NCBI GenBank assembly: GCA_041277045.1
Contig: JBGFSY010000002.1
Span: forward strand, 348,041 to 412,040
Direction of reading: 5' to 3'
DNA: 64,000 nt
From: Candidatus Reddybacter sp.
Lineage (GTDB): Bacteria; Pseudomonadota; Gammaproteobacteria; Pseudomonadales; Porticoccaceae
Part shown: positions 22,476-32,582 of the stretch, one piece after another
How the letters are laid out: every line of letters starts with the position of its first letter
Position numbering within the stretch: the stretch's first letter is position 1
The notes under the pieces: model-generated
Database searches by the model: none
The model's input: only the letters and a program-made list of their open reading frames with translations
Told to the model about the DNA's origin: nothing
Position numbers and translations under genes: made by a program

Positions 22476-25394
22476 TTACAGCGTAAATAATTCCAAGTTT
22501 AAAGAATCGAGCTTAGCCGCGCTATCGGCATTGGTGATGACCGCTGTGCTGCATTGCTCGTCGCGCAGATATTCTTTGCCGACACGCTGCAGGTCGTCGA
22601 GCTTCACTTCGCGCACCTGATTGCGGAAGGCTTCGCGCTGTTCGCGGCTGCGACCGTAGAGCTCGGCATGGAAGCTCTGCTTGGCTTCACCGGCTGGTGA
22701 TGAGGGTTTGTCGATGCCGGAGACGACACCGAGGATGGCCTCTTCCACTTGCTGCCACTGGTGCTTCTCTTCCTGTAGCCAGACCAGGGAGGCCTGGAAG
22801 TCGTCGAGGGTGCCCTCGATGCGGGGGTCGCGGTAGGAAAAGAAGCGGAAGGCGCCGCCATTATTGTCCTGCCCGGCACCGCCACCGTAGGCGCCGCCTT
22901 GTTCGCGAATGGCGCGGTGTAAATAGCCATTACGCAAAAACCCACCGAGTACGCTTAGTGGTGCAGCATCGGCATGGCCCATGGGTACGGTAGAGTAGGC
23001 GCGGGCGCAGAAGTTGACCTGGGTGCTAGTGGCCCACAGTTGCTGGCTCGGGGTGCAGAGCTCGGGGCGACTAAAGGGCGTAAAGGCCGAACCGTCACCG
23101 GGCTGCAGTGTGCCGAGAAAGTCGCTGGCAAATTGGCTCATATGTTCTTGTTCGCCGACCAGTAATGCCTGTCGCGGTGCCTTTAAAAACAGCGCGTGAA
23201 GCTCGGCCAGTTTGGCGGCGAAGCTGGCGAGTTCGACCTGCTCGTCCAGCTTGCTATCTAGTTGCTTGGTGAGACGAATACCCTCCATGCCGCCCCAGCG
23301 GTGGGACAACCAGGCACCGGGGCTGGCGTTGCTAGCAGCAGCTGCCATAGCCAAGGTGTGGCCGTTGCCGGTCACACTGCTTTCGCGGCGCGCGCGAATT
23401 TGCGCTATCAGTTCGCGCAGACGCGGTAGTTCATCAAAGCGCACCGACTCAAAGGTCGCGTTCATAAGTTCAGAAAGTGCGTTCTGATTGTTCGCTAACC
23501 CTTTGGCGCTCATCACCAAGTGGCCACTGAGGCTTTGCAGGTTGTCGACCGCACAGCGCACCGAGGCGTGAGTGCTAATAGAGCCGCAAACCTGAGACTG
23601 CCAGAGCTGGGTGGCGAGGTAGTCCTTATTGCCGACACCGAGTTCGGTGAGGCAGCTGGAGTAGAGAGGCAGTAAATCAATCTGCTCGTCGCTGAGCGCG
23701 GGCAGGGCAACCAGTAGTTGTTGGTAGACTAGGCCGTTGGTGCCAACCTCGTATTGGGTCAGGGGTAGTTCGCCCTGAGTCTTGCTGGTGGCGCTGACAT
23801 AGGCCATCTCGGGGGAGATGTCTTCGAGGCCCACCTTGGGCAGTACGCCTTCGTCGTCGGCCTGCATTTGGCGCTCGTTCAAGGCGGCTGTTTGATTGAT
23901 GATCTCTTGTTTTTCGGCGTCGCTGAGCTGGGCTTTGATCGTGGCCAATTGCGCGGCTTCACTTTTCTCGCGTCGTGCCGAGAGAGCGGGTTCGGGGCGC
24001 AGGGTTAAGCGCACGCGATGGGGGTTGTCGACCAGTAGCTCGCGGGCCAGGGTTTTAATAAACTCGGGGTCGGCAATGGAGGCGCGCAATTCGGCCAGTA
24101 CCGGCTCTAAATCGAGCAGGGCGATGGGGTCGCCGCGATGGGTGGCGCTGGTCAATGAGGTCAAAATTAATTGCAGGCCGTAGGGGTAGCCGTCGCCGCC
24201 AATTTCCCGCTGCTGTAATTCCAGCTGGTGCAGAGAGGCCTCGACCTGTTCTTGGGCGACGCCGTTTTCGGCAACATCGCGCAGGACGTCCATCACCAGG
24301 TTTTCCAGCTCGAGGGCTTTTTCAGGTTCGCTGCCTTCAATGCCGCAGACGAAGCACATTTCTTTTTGTGAGTCGTCCAGCCCACACAGCGGCGATGGCG
24401 AGCTGCCGAGGTCACTGGTTTCGAGGGCTTTCAACAGCGGCGATGCACTGTTGTCGAGCAAGATGCTGTTCAGCAAATGGGCCTGCATGCAGGATTTTAA
24501 ATCGGTGGCCTTACCCAATAGCCAGCTAATAATAATATGGGTTTTATTATCGGTGGGGCCTTCCTCGTCAAAGGCGTAGGACTCTTCAACGGCGATGGGC
24601 GCCAGGTAGCGTTTCTCGTCTGGCACGGCGATGGTTTCAGCCAATGGCTCGAAACGGTTTAGCGCTTCGCTTTCGAAGTTGGCCTGATGCTCAGCGGCGG
24701 GGATGTCACCGAAGGTCATAAAGGTGGCATTGCTGGGGTGGTAGTGGGTTTTATAAAACGCCTGCAACTGCTCGTAGCTCAAATCGGGAATTGCCGCAGG
24801 GTCGCCACCGCTGTTGTAGTGGTAGGTGGTGGTCGGGTAGAGGTAGGTGCAGAGGGTGTGCCACAGGGTTGAGGTAACTGAACTCATCGCACCCTTCATT
24901 TCATTGAAGACCACACCTTTGTAGACCAGGTCGGAGGCGCTATTTTCGGCCTCTTCAAATTCCAGGCGGTGGCCTTCCTGGGCAAAATCGAGAGGATCTA
25001 GCCGCGAGAAAAACACTGCGTCAAGATATACTTGCAGTAAGTTGTTAAAGTCTTTTCTATTTTGGCTGGCGAAGGGGTAAGCGGTCCAGTCGGAGCTGGT
25101 AAAGGCATTCATAAAGGTGTTTAGCGAGCGGCGAATCATCATAAAGAAGGGGTCGCGCACCGGGTACTTTTCACTGCCACAGAGGGCGGTATGTTCGAGG
25201 ATATGCGCTACGCCCCGCGAGTCTTCAGGCACCGTGCGCAGGGCCACCAGAAACACGTTTTCGTTGTTGTCGGTGGCGATATGAATATGCTGGGCGCCGG
25301 TTTTAATGTGGCGGTATTCGCTGACATCGAGGTCGAGAGACTCGATGCGCTGGTTACGCAAAAACTCAAAAGCGGGGTGGGCGGGAGCATTCAT
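22476..25394 (-). CDS. M16-family (insulinase/PreP-like) zinc metallopeptidase, about 970 aa
   Basis: Inverted zinc motif HILEHTALCGSEKYP. Four-domain length typical of presequence-protease-like M16C enzymes. Confidence 0.8.
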   Translation of the reverse strand: MNAPAHPAFEFLRNQRIESLDLDVSEYRHIKTGAQHIHIATDNNENVFLVALRTVPEDSRGVAHILEHTALCGSEKYPVRDPFFMMIRRSLNTFMNAFTSSDWTAYPFASQNRKDFNNLLQVYLDAVFFSRLDPLDFAQEGHRLEFEEAENSASDLVYKGVVFNEMKGAMSSVTSTLWHTLCTYLYPTTTYHYNSGGDPAAIPDLSYEQLQAFYKTHYHPSNATFMTFGDIPAAEHQANFESEALNRFEPLAETIAVPDEKRYLAPIAVEESYAFDEEGPTDNKTHIIISWLLGKATDLKSCMQAHLLNSILLDNSASPLLKALETSDLGSSPSPLCGLDDSQKEMCFVCGIEGSEPEKALELENLVMDVLRDVAENGVAQEQVEASLHQLELQQREIGGDGYPYGLQLILTSLTSATHRGDPIALLDLEPVLAELRASIADPEFIKTLARELLVDNPHRVRLTLRPEPALSARREKSEAAQLATIKAQLSDAEKQEIINQTAALNERQMQADDEGVLPKVGLEDISPEMAYVSATSKTQGELPLTQYEVGTNGLVYQQLLVALPALSDEQIDLLPLYSSCLTELGVGNKDYLATQLWQSQVCGSISTHASVRCAVDNLQSLSGHLVMSAKGLANNQNALSELMNATFESVRFDELPRLRELIAQIRARRESSVTGNGHTLAMAAAASNASPGAWLSHRWGGMEGIRLTKQLDSKLDEQVELASFAAKLAELHALFLKAPRQALLVGEQEHMSQFASDFLGTLQPGDGSAFTPFSRPELCTPSQQLWATSTQVNFCARAYSTVPMGHADAAPLSVLGGFLRNGYLHRAIREQGGAYGGGAGQDNNGGAFRFFSYRDPRIEGTLDDFQASLVWLQEEKHQWQQVEEAILGVVSGIDKPSSPAGEAKQSFHAELYGRSREQREAFRNQVREVKLDDLQRVGKEYLRDEQCSTAVITNADSAAKLDSLNLELFTL

Positions 25395-25574
25395 AAACAG
25401 CTTACCTGGGTGTTAATAAGAGGTGAATTCAGATTTGTTGCCAAGCAGCAACGGGATAAATCGACAGCGCATTATTCTACTCTGCGCAGGGCTCGTGTGG
25501 TGAAAATATTTAGTGCGCTTTTCAGGAATTATAGTCGCTAAAGGGTAGGGCTATAGTCCCTGAAAAAAGAGGGC

Positions 25575-26309
25575 TTATTTGAGCTTACGGGCAAACAACT
25601 CAAAGGCGATATCCCAGTGGCGCTCGGCGGCGTCGTGGTTGTACATCATGCGCTGGGGGAAGGCGAAGCCGTGCTCGGTGTTGGGCACTTTTTCCAACAC
25701 ATAGTCGATATTGTTTTCACTCAGGCAGGCGTCTAGGGCTTTAATCTCGGCATCGGGCACATAGGGGTCGTGTGCGGCGAAGCCAAAATAAAGCGTGCAA
25801 TCGCTTTCGATATTGGGGATCAGCAAGTGAGCGGAATCACTTTGCTTGGTAAGGTGGGAGACGCCGTAGAGGGAGGCCATGGCTTTAAAGCGCTCGGGAA
25901 AACTGCCGGTTACGGCGAGAACAAACTTGCCGCTCATGCAGTAGCCGATGCAGCCCATGGGGCCAGGTAGGGTGTTGGGGTGAGCGTCGAGCCAGTCAAT
26001 AATGGCGCGCGTGTCGCTGATAATCATGCCGTTGGTGTGGGCATCGAGCATGGCCATCATTTGGCCGCCGGGGTCGCGCACACCGTAGCGGTAGTAAAGA
26101 TTGGGAATGATGGCGATATAACCCTGGGCGGCGATGCGACGCACAAAATCGTAGAGTTCGCTGCGGACTCCGGGGGCGTCCATATAGAGCACAACAGGCG
26201 GGTAGGCTGTGCCTTCATCGCCGGCGAGCCAGGCGACAAAGCATTCCATCTCGCCGTCGGGGGTGGTGATGTTGACGAAGCCTTCATTCAAGGTTGTTTG
26301 TTTGCTCAT
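25575..26309 (-). CDS. dienelactone hydrolase family protein
   Basis: Alpha/beta-hydrolase layout with a Cys nucleophile context IGYCMSGKF and a C-terminal HGF, as in the DLH family. Confidence 0.7.
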   Translation of the reverse strand: MSKQTTLNEGFVNITTPDGEMECFVAWLAGDEGTAYPPVVLYMDAPGVRSELYDFVRRIAAQGYIAIIPNLYYRYGVRDPGGQMMAMLDAHTNGMIISDTRAIIDWLDAHPNTLPGPMGCIGYCMSGKFVLAVTGSFPERFKAMASLYGVSHLTKQSDSAHLLIPNIESDCTLYFGFAAHDPYVPDAEIKALDACLSENNIDYVLEKVPNTEHGFAFPQRMMYNHDAAERHWDIAFELFARKLK

Positions 26310-26383
26310 AAGTGGGTTCTACCGTCCTTCAAAAGTAAATCTGTGTGGTGTGTGATGGCATTGGCTGGCGTCAGGGGGTGGGC

Positions 26384-27595
26384 TTAAACGCGTTTGGCAT
26401 TGATCACTCCCTCGGCTTCCAGGGCGGCGATGCTCTCTGTGGAGTAGCCTAGCGTCTGACTGAGAATTTCATGGTTGTGCTCACCGAGAAAACCCGCTGT
26501 CTGCTCGGGGCTATCGGGAAAGGCTGAAAAGCGCAGGGGTGTGCGGGGGATTTTTAGTGCCCCCCAAACCGGATCGACGACGGTGCGCACCATATTGCGA
26601 GCTTTGGTATGGGGGTGCTTCATCACCTCGGGGACAGAGAGTATCGGTGCGCTGGGTATGCGCTCATCCTGCAGCATTTTAAGTGCCTTATCGGGGTCGC
26701 CAATGGCGTCGAGCCAGTCTTGCACGGCCTGGTTGACGGCATCTTTGTTTTCACCGCGAGCGGCGAGATCGGCAAAGCGGGGGTCGCTGAGCATATCCTC
26801 GCGCCCGATTATTTTAGTCAGTTTCTCCCATTGAGCACCCAAGGCGATGATGAATAAGTAGCGCTCGCCACATTTGAAAATGCCCGCCGGCGCAGCCACG
26901 CCGTGAGTCGCCCCCGCGCGTTTAGGGACATAGGCGCCACCTGAGGCATCGTAGAGCTGCACGTTCATTTCATGGTAGCTGAAGAGGATTTCCTGCAGGC
27001 AGAGATCGAGGTGTTGTCCGTCACCACCGCGAAAGCGATAGAAGAGGGCGGCGACGATAGCGGCATAGGCATGGGTGCCACTGGAGACATCGCCAAAGGT
27101 GAGGTCGGCAAAAACCGGTGCTCGGTCGGGCTCGCCATTCATATCGAGAATGCCGGCATAGGACTGGCCAATGTAGTCATAGCCGGGCAATGACGATAGC
27201 GGGCCGTCCTGACCGAAGCAGGAAATTGAGCACATCACTAAATTCGGGTTAATGACTTTTAATGTTTCCCAGTCCATGTTGAGGCGTTTCATGACACCGG
27301 GGCTGAAATTTTCCACCACCACATCGGCCTCTTTAATCAAGTCATGGCAAATTTTTTGCGCCTCGGGTTTAGTGAGGTCGAGGCTCATGGTCTTTTTGCC
27401 CAGGTTGTGTTGCACATAGCAGGCGCTGCGACCCTCTTTGTGCATGGGGAGTATACGGATGGGGTCGCCCGTGAAGGGTTCGATTTTGATGACCTCGGCG
27501 CCGTGCTCGGCCAACATTTTGGTGCAGTGGGGGCCGGCGATAAAATGCGAAAAATCGATGACTTTAATGCCCTCGAACATGCTCTGTGGGGCCAT
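26384..27595 (-). CDS. family III (CaiB/BaiF) CoA-transferase, paralog 1
   Basis: IKVIDFSHFIAGPHCTKMLAEHGAEVIKIE and the catalytic-Asp context LTFGDVSSGTHAY. Confidence 0.85.
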   Translation of the reverse strand: MAPQSMFEGIKVIDFSHFIAGPHCTKMLAEHGAEVIKIEPFTGDPIRILPMHKEGRSACYVQHNLGKKTMSLDLTKPEAQKICHDLIKEADVVVENFSPGVMKRLNMDWETLKVINPNLVMCSISCFGQDGPLSSLPGYDYIGQSYAGILDMNGEPDRAPVFADLTFGDVSSGTHAYAAIVAALFYRFRGGDGQHLDLCLQEILFSYHEMNVQLYDASGGAYVPKRAGATHGVAAPAGIFKCGERYLFIIALGAQWEKLTKIIGREDMLSDPRFADLAARGENKDAVNQAVQDWLDAIGDPDKALKMLQDERIPSAPILSVPEVMKHPHTKARNMVRTVVDPVWGALKIPRTPLRFSAFPDSPEQTAGFLGEHNHEILSQTLGYSTESIAALEAEGVINAKRV

Positions 27596-27677
27596 GGAGA
27601 ACTCCTACTTCCTTGAAGTTGTTATTATTATTTTTTGGATTTCTTTAAAGATTTTGATTGGTGTTCATTTGTTAAAG

Positions 27678-27717
27678 AACTTAATCGGGTGCTAAGCAAT
27701 CAGCACCGGATTAAGTT
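27678..27717. terminator. intergenic hairpin between the two CoA-transferase paralogs
   Basis: AACTTAATCGGGTGCT / AGCACCGGATTAAGTT, 15 of 16 bp, 8-nt loop. A T-run follows only on the plus strand, so its role as a minus-strand terminator is uncertain. Confidence 0.35.
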
Positions 27718-27732
27718 CTGGGTTTTTAGTGT

Positions 27733-28947
27733 TTATAGGGTTTTTTCACTCAGCACATTCGATGCTTTCAGCGATTCAATTTTCTCTGCCGAGTAACCAA
27801 GTTTTTCACGTAAAATTTCTTCATTGTGTTCGCCGAGGAAACTTGCCTGCAGTTCCAGCCGCTCAGGATATTGAGAGTAGCGCAGAGGTGTGCCGGGGAT
27901 TTTTACATCGCCAAAGGCGCGGTCGTTGACCGTTTGTACAATGCCTCGCTGCTTCATATGCGGGTGCTCCATCACCTCTGGTACGCTCAGTACGGGAGCC
28001 GCAGGCACGTGGTTATCTTCAACCAGAATACGCACTGCCTCGGTGACATCGCTAACGGTGCTGAGCCAGCGTTCAATTTCAGCGCTGATTTCATCGCGGT
28101 TGTCGTTGCGTGTCAGGGGCGTGGCAAAACGGGGATCATCGAGCCAGTCTTCGCGATCGAGGAGTTTGACCAGATTATTCCATTGTGCGCCAAGGGCAAC
28201 AATAATGAGGTAATCCTCTTTGCACTTGAACAGGCCGAGTGGCGAGATAAAGCCATGCTGATGGCCGCTGCGTTGGGGTATCTGGGTACCACCGGAGGCA
28301 TCGTAAACCTGAACATTCATTTCATGGTAGCTGAATAGACAGTCGAGTAGGGCAATGTCGAGAAATTGCCCGCCACCGCCCATGGCTTTGTGGTAGAGGG
28401 CAGTAATGATGGCGCCATAGGCGTGTGCGCCGGTGGAAATATCACCAAAAGCCATGCCTGATAGCGCGGGGTAGCCGTCGGCTTCACCGGTCATACCCAG
28501 TACACCGGAGTAAGCCTGACCAATGTAGTCAAAACCGGGTAGCTTCGACAGGGGGCCTTCCTGGCCGAGACAGGAGATGGAACACATGATGACGTCGGGG
28601 TTGACCTTGCTGACGGCCTCCCAGTCCAGGTTGAATTTTTTCATCACGCCCGGGGTGAAGTTTTCGATCACCACGTCGACGGTTTTTATTAATTCGTGGC
28701 AAATATCCTGAGCTTCTTTGGTGCGAAGATCCAGGCTTAAGCTCTTTTTGCCGCGGTTGTGCTGGACGAAGTAGGCACTGCGACCATCTTTGATGACAGG
28801 CAGGTGGCGCGCCGCTTCGCCAATTTGGGCTTCAACTTTGATCACTTCGGCACCGGCCTCTGCCATCAAACGGGTGCAGTGTGGACCAGCCACAAAATGG
28901 GAGAAGTCGAGAACTTTAACACCGTCGAGAACGTGCTTTCTAGTCAT
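27733..28947 (-). CDS. family III (CaiB/BaiF) CoA-transferase, paralog 2
   Basis: VKVLDFSHFVAGPHCTRLMAEAGAEVIKVE and MAFGDISTGAHAY. Collinear with the neighbouring paralog over its full length. Confidence 0.85.
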   Translation of the reverse strand: MTRKHVLDGVKVLDFSHFVAGPHCTRLMAEAGAEVIKVEAQIGEAARHLPVIKDGRSAYFVQHNRGKKSLSLDLRTKEAQDICHELIKTVDVVIENFTPGVMKKFNLDWEAVSKVNPDVIMCSISCLGQEGPLSKLPGFDYIGQAYSGVLGMTGEADGYPALSGMAFGDISTGAHAYGAIITALYHKAMGGGGQFLDIALLDCLFSYHEMNVQVYDASGGTQIPQRSGHQHGFISPLGLFKCKEDYLIIVALGAQWNNLVKLLDREDWLDDPRFATPLTRNDNRDEISAEIERWLSTVSDVTEAVRILVEDNHVPAAPVLSVPEVMEHPHMKQRGIVQTVNDRAFGDVKIPGTPLRYSQYPERLELQASFLGEHNEEILREKLGYSAEKIESLKASNVLSEKTL

Positions 28948-29176
28948 GGAATATGCTCTTATGTGTTTGAGCCGGGATACTTTCCAATTGGCTCAGATCA
29001 ATGAATGTGCTTTCTCTATACATCGTTACCTTGAACGAGGGGCTTTTGCTCTTATAATTCCCAAGCCCCTTGTAGCCTAAAGTGCTGCATAATACCAGCT
29101 TATTAGCTGCACAGTTTAGGTGCACAGTGGTGGTGCTGGATCGGGTATTGTCGATAATGTGGGAGGGTGAGAATCA

Positions 29177-29596
29177 ATGGCAGGTGTTTACGGTGATGGT
29201 GATGCTTCATTTCAGGCTGCAGGTGGCCAGGCGGGTATCAAACGTTTAGTGGATCGTTTTTACCATTATATGGAAATCCTGCCCGATGCGGCGGCCATTC
29301 GTGCCATGCACCCCAAAGATCTTGAGGTCACGCGAGATAAGTTGTACTGCTTCCTTTGTGGCTGGCTGGGCGGTGAAAAGCTTTTTGCGCCAAAATACGG
29401 CCCGATCATGATTCCCCGCGCCCATGAGCATATCGATATCGCCGAAGCAGAGAGAGATGCCTGGTTGCAGTGTATGGAAAAAGCCGTCGCCGAGCAGCCC
29501 TACGCCGAAGACTTCAAAGCCTATTTAATGCGCGAGCTGTTTGTGCCTGCCGAGCGTTGTCGCATCTTCAGCCAGCGTCGTATACAGGCTGAGTAA
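29177..29596 (+). CDS. group II truncated haemoglobin (GlbO-like)
   Basis: GGQAGIKRLVDRFYHYM...FLCGWLGGEKLF...RAHEHIDIAEAERDAWLQCM matches the 2-on-2 globin pattern, including the proximal His context. Confidence 0.7.
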   Translation: MAGVYGDGDASFQAAGGQAGIKRLVDRFYHYMEILPDAAAIRAMHPKDLEVTRDKLYCFLCGWLGGEKLFAPKYGPIMIPRAHEHIDIAEAERDAWLQCMEKAVAEQPYAEDFKAYLMRELFVPAERCRIFSQRRIQAE

Positions 29597-29652
29597 GCGG
29601 GGTAGTAGGGATACTACTTGCCACGCGGCGGCTTTGTTAAGGGCTGCTAGTT

Positions 29653-31347
29653 TTAGGCTTTACCTATTCCCATTAAGTCTTTTACGTCAGGCTTCATGAT
29701 TTTGCCGTTGGCATTGCGAGGCAGGGGCTCGTGATGCTGTTCTATGCGCACCGGTACTTTGAAGGCGGCGATTTGGCTGGCGACGTGGGCCTGTAACTCC
29801 TTCGGCTTGAAGCCGGCGCCCGAGCGCAGTTGCACCACGGCACCAACTTCCTCACCGAGTATCTTATGGGGTATACCAACCACGGCGGCGTCGATCACAT
29901 CGGGGTGGTTAAACAGGGCGCTTTCCACTTCAATGCAGTAAATATTCTCACCACCGCGCAGCAGCATACCTTTGATGCGATCGACCACATACAAAAAGCC
30001 TTCTTCATCGACATAGCCAAGGTCGCCGGTGTGCAGCCAGTTGTCGATTATAGTTTTGGCGGTGGCCTCTGGGTTTTCCCAGTAGCCCTTGATCACCTGA
30101 GGGCCTTTGACGCAAATTTCACCGATTTCGCCAGCGCCACATTCAAGGCCATCACTAGCGATAATTTTAATGTGGCAGATGGGTGCGCTCAGGCCGACAC
30201 TCTCGGGACGGGCGATATAGTCTTCGGCAACATTCACCGTGCTCAAGGCGCTGGTCTCCGTCAGGCCATAACCGTTGCTGGCACTGGCATTGGGGAAGGC
30301 CGCTTTAACCCGCGCTGCTAACTCCGGTGCGGGCGGTGCGCCGCCAAACAGTATAGTGCGAATGCTCGAGGTGTCGTGGTCGGCGAGGATGGGTGACTCC
30401 AGTACCTGGAGGGGCATTGAGGGCACGCCGCCGAAAGCATTGAGCTTTTCTTTTTCAATTAAACGAATGGCGTCGTCAGCATCCCACTTATACATAAAGA
30501 CAATCTTGCTACCCATTATCGTGCTGCCACAGAGCATGGCCAATGAGCCTGTGACGTGAAACAGTGGTGCGCTGATCAGTTGGCCCATTTGTTCTGTAGG
30601 TTGCACCGGCTCGCGGCCGTAGCGGTATTCAACGCGCACCCGCAAATAGACGCCGCTGAGCTGATTAGTGCATATATTACGATGGGTGTTGATGGCGCCC
30701 TTGGGCCTGCCGGTGGTGCCGGAGGTGTAAAAAATACTGGCGTCATCATCCGGCTCAATCGCAATGTCGGGCAGGGTTTGGTCGCTATTGAGTGCAGCCA
30801 TCAGTGCACTGAATTCCTCCACATTGGCGAGGGGGCTGTCGTCACTTCTGACTTTAACTATGTGCTCGAGTGTTGGGGTGCGGCCCCGAGAGTTGGCCAG
30901 TATTTCGGCCCTTTGCAAGTCGGTAAAGACCAGTCGCGCGCCGCAGTGCTCCAGTGCGTATTCCAGCTCTGCTCTCGTCCACCAGGCGTTGAGGGGCACA
31001 ATGACCGCGCCGATGGAGACTGTTGCCCAAAATATCACCGGCCACTCGGGGTAGTTGCGCATCGCCAGAGCAATGCGATCACCTTTTTTAATGCCGAACT
31101 GTTTGATCAGCGCGTGGCCGAGGGTCACCACCTGCTGATAGTGTTGTTCATAACTCAGGCGTTGCTCTTCATAAACCAGGTAGTCGCGCTCGGCAAATTG
31201 CCGGCTGTGTTCAACAATCGCTCTAAGGTTGGGGAAGGCATTTTTCCACACGGCGGTGTAAGTACCACGAATTTCAACCTCTTCAATCTCAAAGGGCGTG
31301 CCGGGGGCCGTGAGCTTTTTGTCGAGTCGCTGAAAATCGATGGTCAT
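29653..31347 (-). CDS. AMP-binding acyl-CoA synthetase (class I adenylate-forming enzyme)
   Basis: FYTSGTTGRPKGA, GYGLTET, WLHTGDLG, PRNANGKIMK. Confidence 0.85.
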   Translation of the reverse strand: MTIDFQRLDKKLTAPGTPFEIEEVEIRGTYTAVWKNAFPNLRAIVEHSRQFAERDYLVYEEQRLSYEQHYQQVVTLGHALIKQFGIKKGDRIALAMRNYPEWPVIFWATVSIGAVIVPLNAWWTRAELEYALEHCGARLVFTDLQRAEILANSRGRTPTLEHIVKVRSDDSPLANVEEFSALMAALNSDQTLPDIAIEPDDDASIFYTSGTTGRPKGAINTHRNICTNQLSGVYLRVRVEYRYGREPVQPTEQMGQLISAPLFHVTGSLAMLCGSTIMGSKIVFMYKWDADDAIRLIEKEKLNAFGGVPSMPLQVLESPILADHDTSSIRTILFGGAPPAPELAARVKAAFPNASASNGYGLTETSALSTVNVAEDYIARPESVGLSAPICHIKIIASDGLECGAGEIGEICVKGPQVIKGYWENPEATAKTIIDNWLHTGDLGYVDEEGFLYVVDRIKGMLLRGGENIYCIEVESALFNHPDVIDAAVVGIPHKILGEEVGAVVQLRSGAGFKPKELQAHVASQIAAFKVPVRIEQHHEPLPRNANGKIMKPDVKDLMGIGKA

Positions 31348-31530
31348 ATTCGTTCTGCGCCTCTATATAAGCTGTTATTGAGGCGCAGCATAATTGAGCG
31401 CATAAACGAAGACAAATGACGAGTGCTTAAAACACATTTTGTTGTTTTAACTCTTATAATGAAGTCTTAGTTGAAGCTAAGCTGACGACTATTAAACAGC
31501 CACCTTTTACCCTGCTTAAAGGACAAGTCT

Positions 31531-32307
31531 ATGAATCTCTTTGATCTCACCGGGAAAGTCGCCGTTATTACCGGCTCTACCAAAGGCATTGGCCGGGCGA
31601 TTGCAGAGCAAATGGCCCGGCACGGCGCTCGCGTTGTGGTGTCGAGTCGCAAGGCTGATGCCTGTGAGCAAGTTACCGCCGAGATTAATACCCTGGTTGC
31701 CGACCAAGCTGGCGAGGCCATCGGCATCCCGGCCAATATTTCCCACAAAGCCGATCTCGAAAACCTGGTGGCGAAAACCGAAGAGGCCTACGGCAAGATT
31801 GATATTCTGGTTTGTAATGCTGCAGCCAACCCCTACTACGGCTCCATGCTCGGTATTAATGATGAGCAGTTCGATAAAATTATGGATAATAATATCAAGT
31901 CCAACCATTGGCTGAGTTCGATGGTGATTCCGCAAATGCAGGCACGTAAAGATGGGGTGATTATTATTATCTCATCCATTGGCGGCGTTGTCGGTCACAC
32001 CACGCTGGGTTCTTACGGCCTATCAAAGGCCGCCGATATGGCTCTGGCGCGCAATATTGGCGCAGAGTTTGGGGTCGATAATATTCGCGCCAATGCCATT
32101 GCCCCGGGACTGATTAAAACCGATTTTGCCAAAGCCCTGTGGGACAACCCCGAGTATTTGAAAAAAGCCACAGCCAGTTGTCCTTTGAGCCGAATAGGTG
32201 AACCCAATGAAATTGCCGGGGCCACGGTGTTTCTCGCTTCAGCAGCGGGTGCGTTTATGAATGGCCAAACGCTGATTGTTGACGGTGGCCGGACGATGTC
32301 GAATTAG
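31531..32307 (+). CDS. SDR-family oxidoreductase
   Basis: Cofactor motif VITGSTKGIGRAIA, NAA motif, and catalytic YGLSKAA. Confidence 0.85.
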   Translation: MNLFDLTGKVAVITGSTKGIGRAIAEQMARHGARVVVSSRKADACEQVTAEINTLVADQAGEAIGIPANISHKADLENLVAKTEEAYGKIDILVCNAAANPYYGSMLGINDEQFDKIMDNNIKSNHWLSSMVIPQMQARKDGVIIIISSIGGVVGHTTLGSYGLSKAADMALARNIGAEFGVDNIRANAIAPGLIKTDFAKALWDNPEYLKKATASCPLSRIGEPNEIAGATVFLASAAGAFMNGQTLIVDGGRTMSN

Positions 32308-32582
32308 CCTTTTTTCCAAGGCTTTTCTCGTTGCGGGTCTTGCGCTGATACTGGCCTTGCAGCCCGAAAGAAGAGTAAACCAGAGCTTAAACCGGGCTGG
32401 TTGGTAAGTTAAAAACGCGTTTTGGCCCTTTGGGTCGGTGCGTTTTTTCTGTCGTAGCGCAGCCGATTCACTATGCGCTAAAGGCTTCAGCATTGCGACA
32501 ATGGGGCCTTTGTAGCACACTAGCTCCGACAGAATAATCGCTACTAATACAAGTCTAATAAACAATCAAAAGGAGATACATA

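Noticed and set aside
30556-31419. 287-aa plus-strand ORF
   Set aside because: It is entirely antisense to the well-supported acyl-CoA synthetase gene (29653..31347). The composition is Gly/Ala/Val-rich shadow-frame sequence with no recognisable motifs.
32239-32565. 108-aa minus-strand ORF
   Set aside because: It overlaps the 3' end of the SDR gene in antisense and is basic low-complexity sequence. No support.
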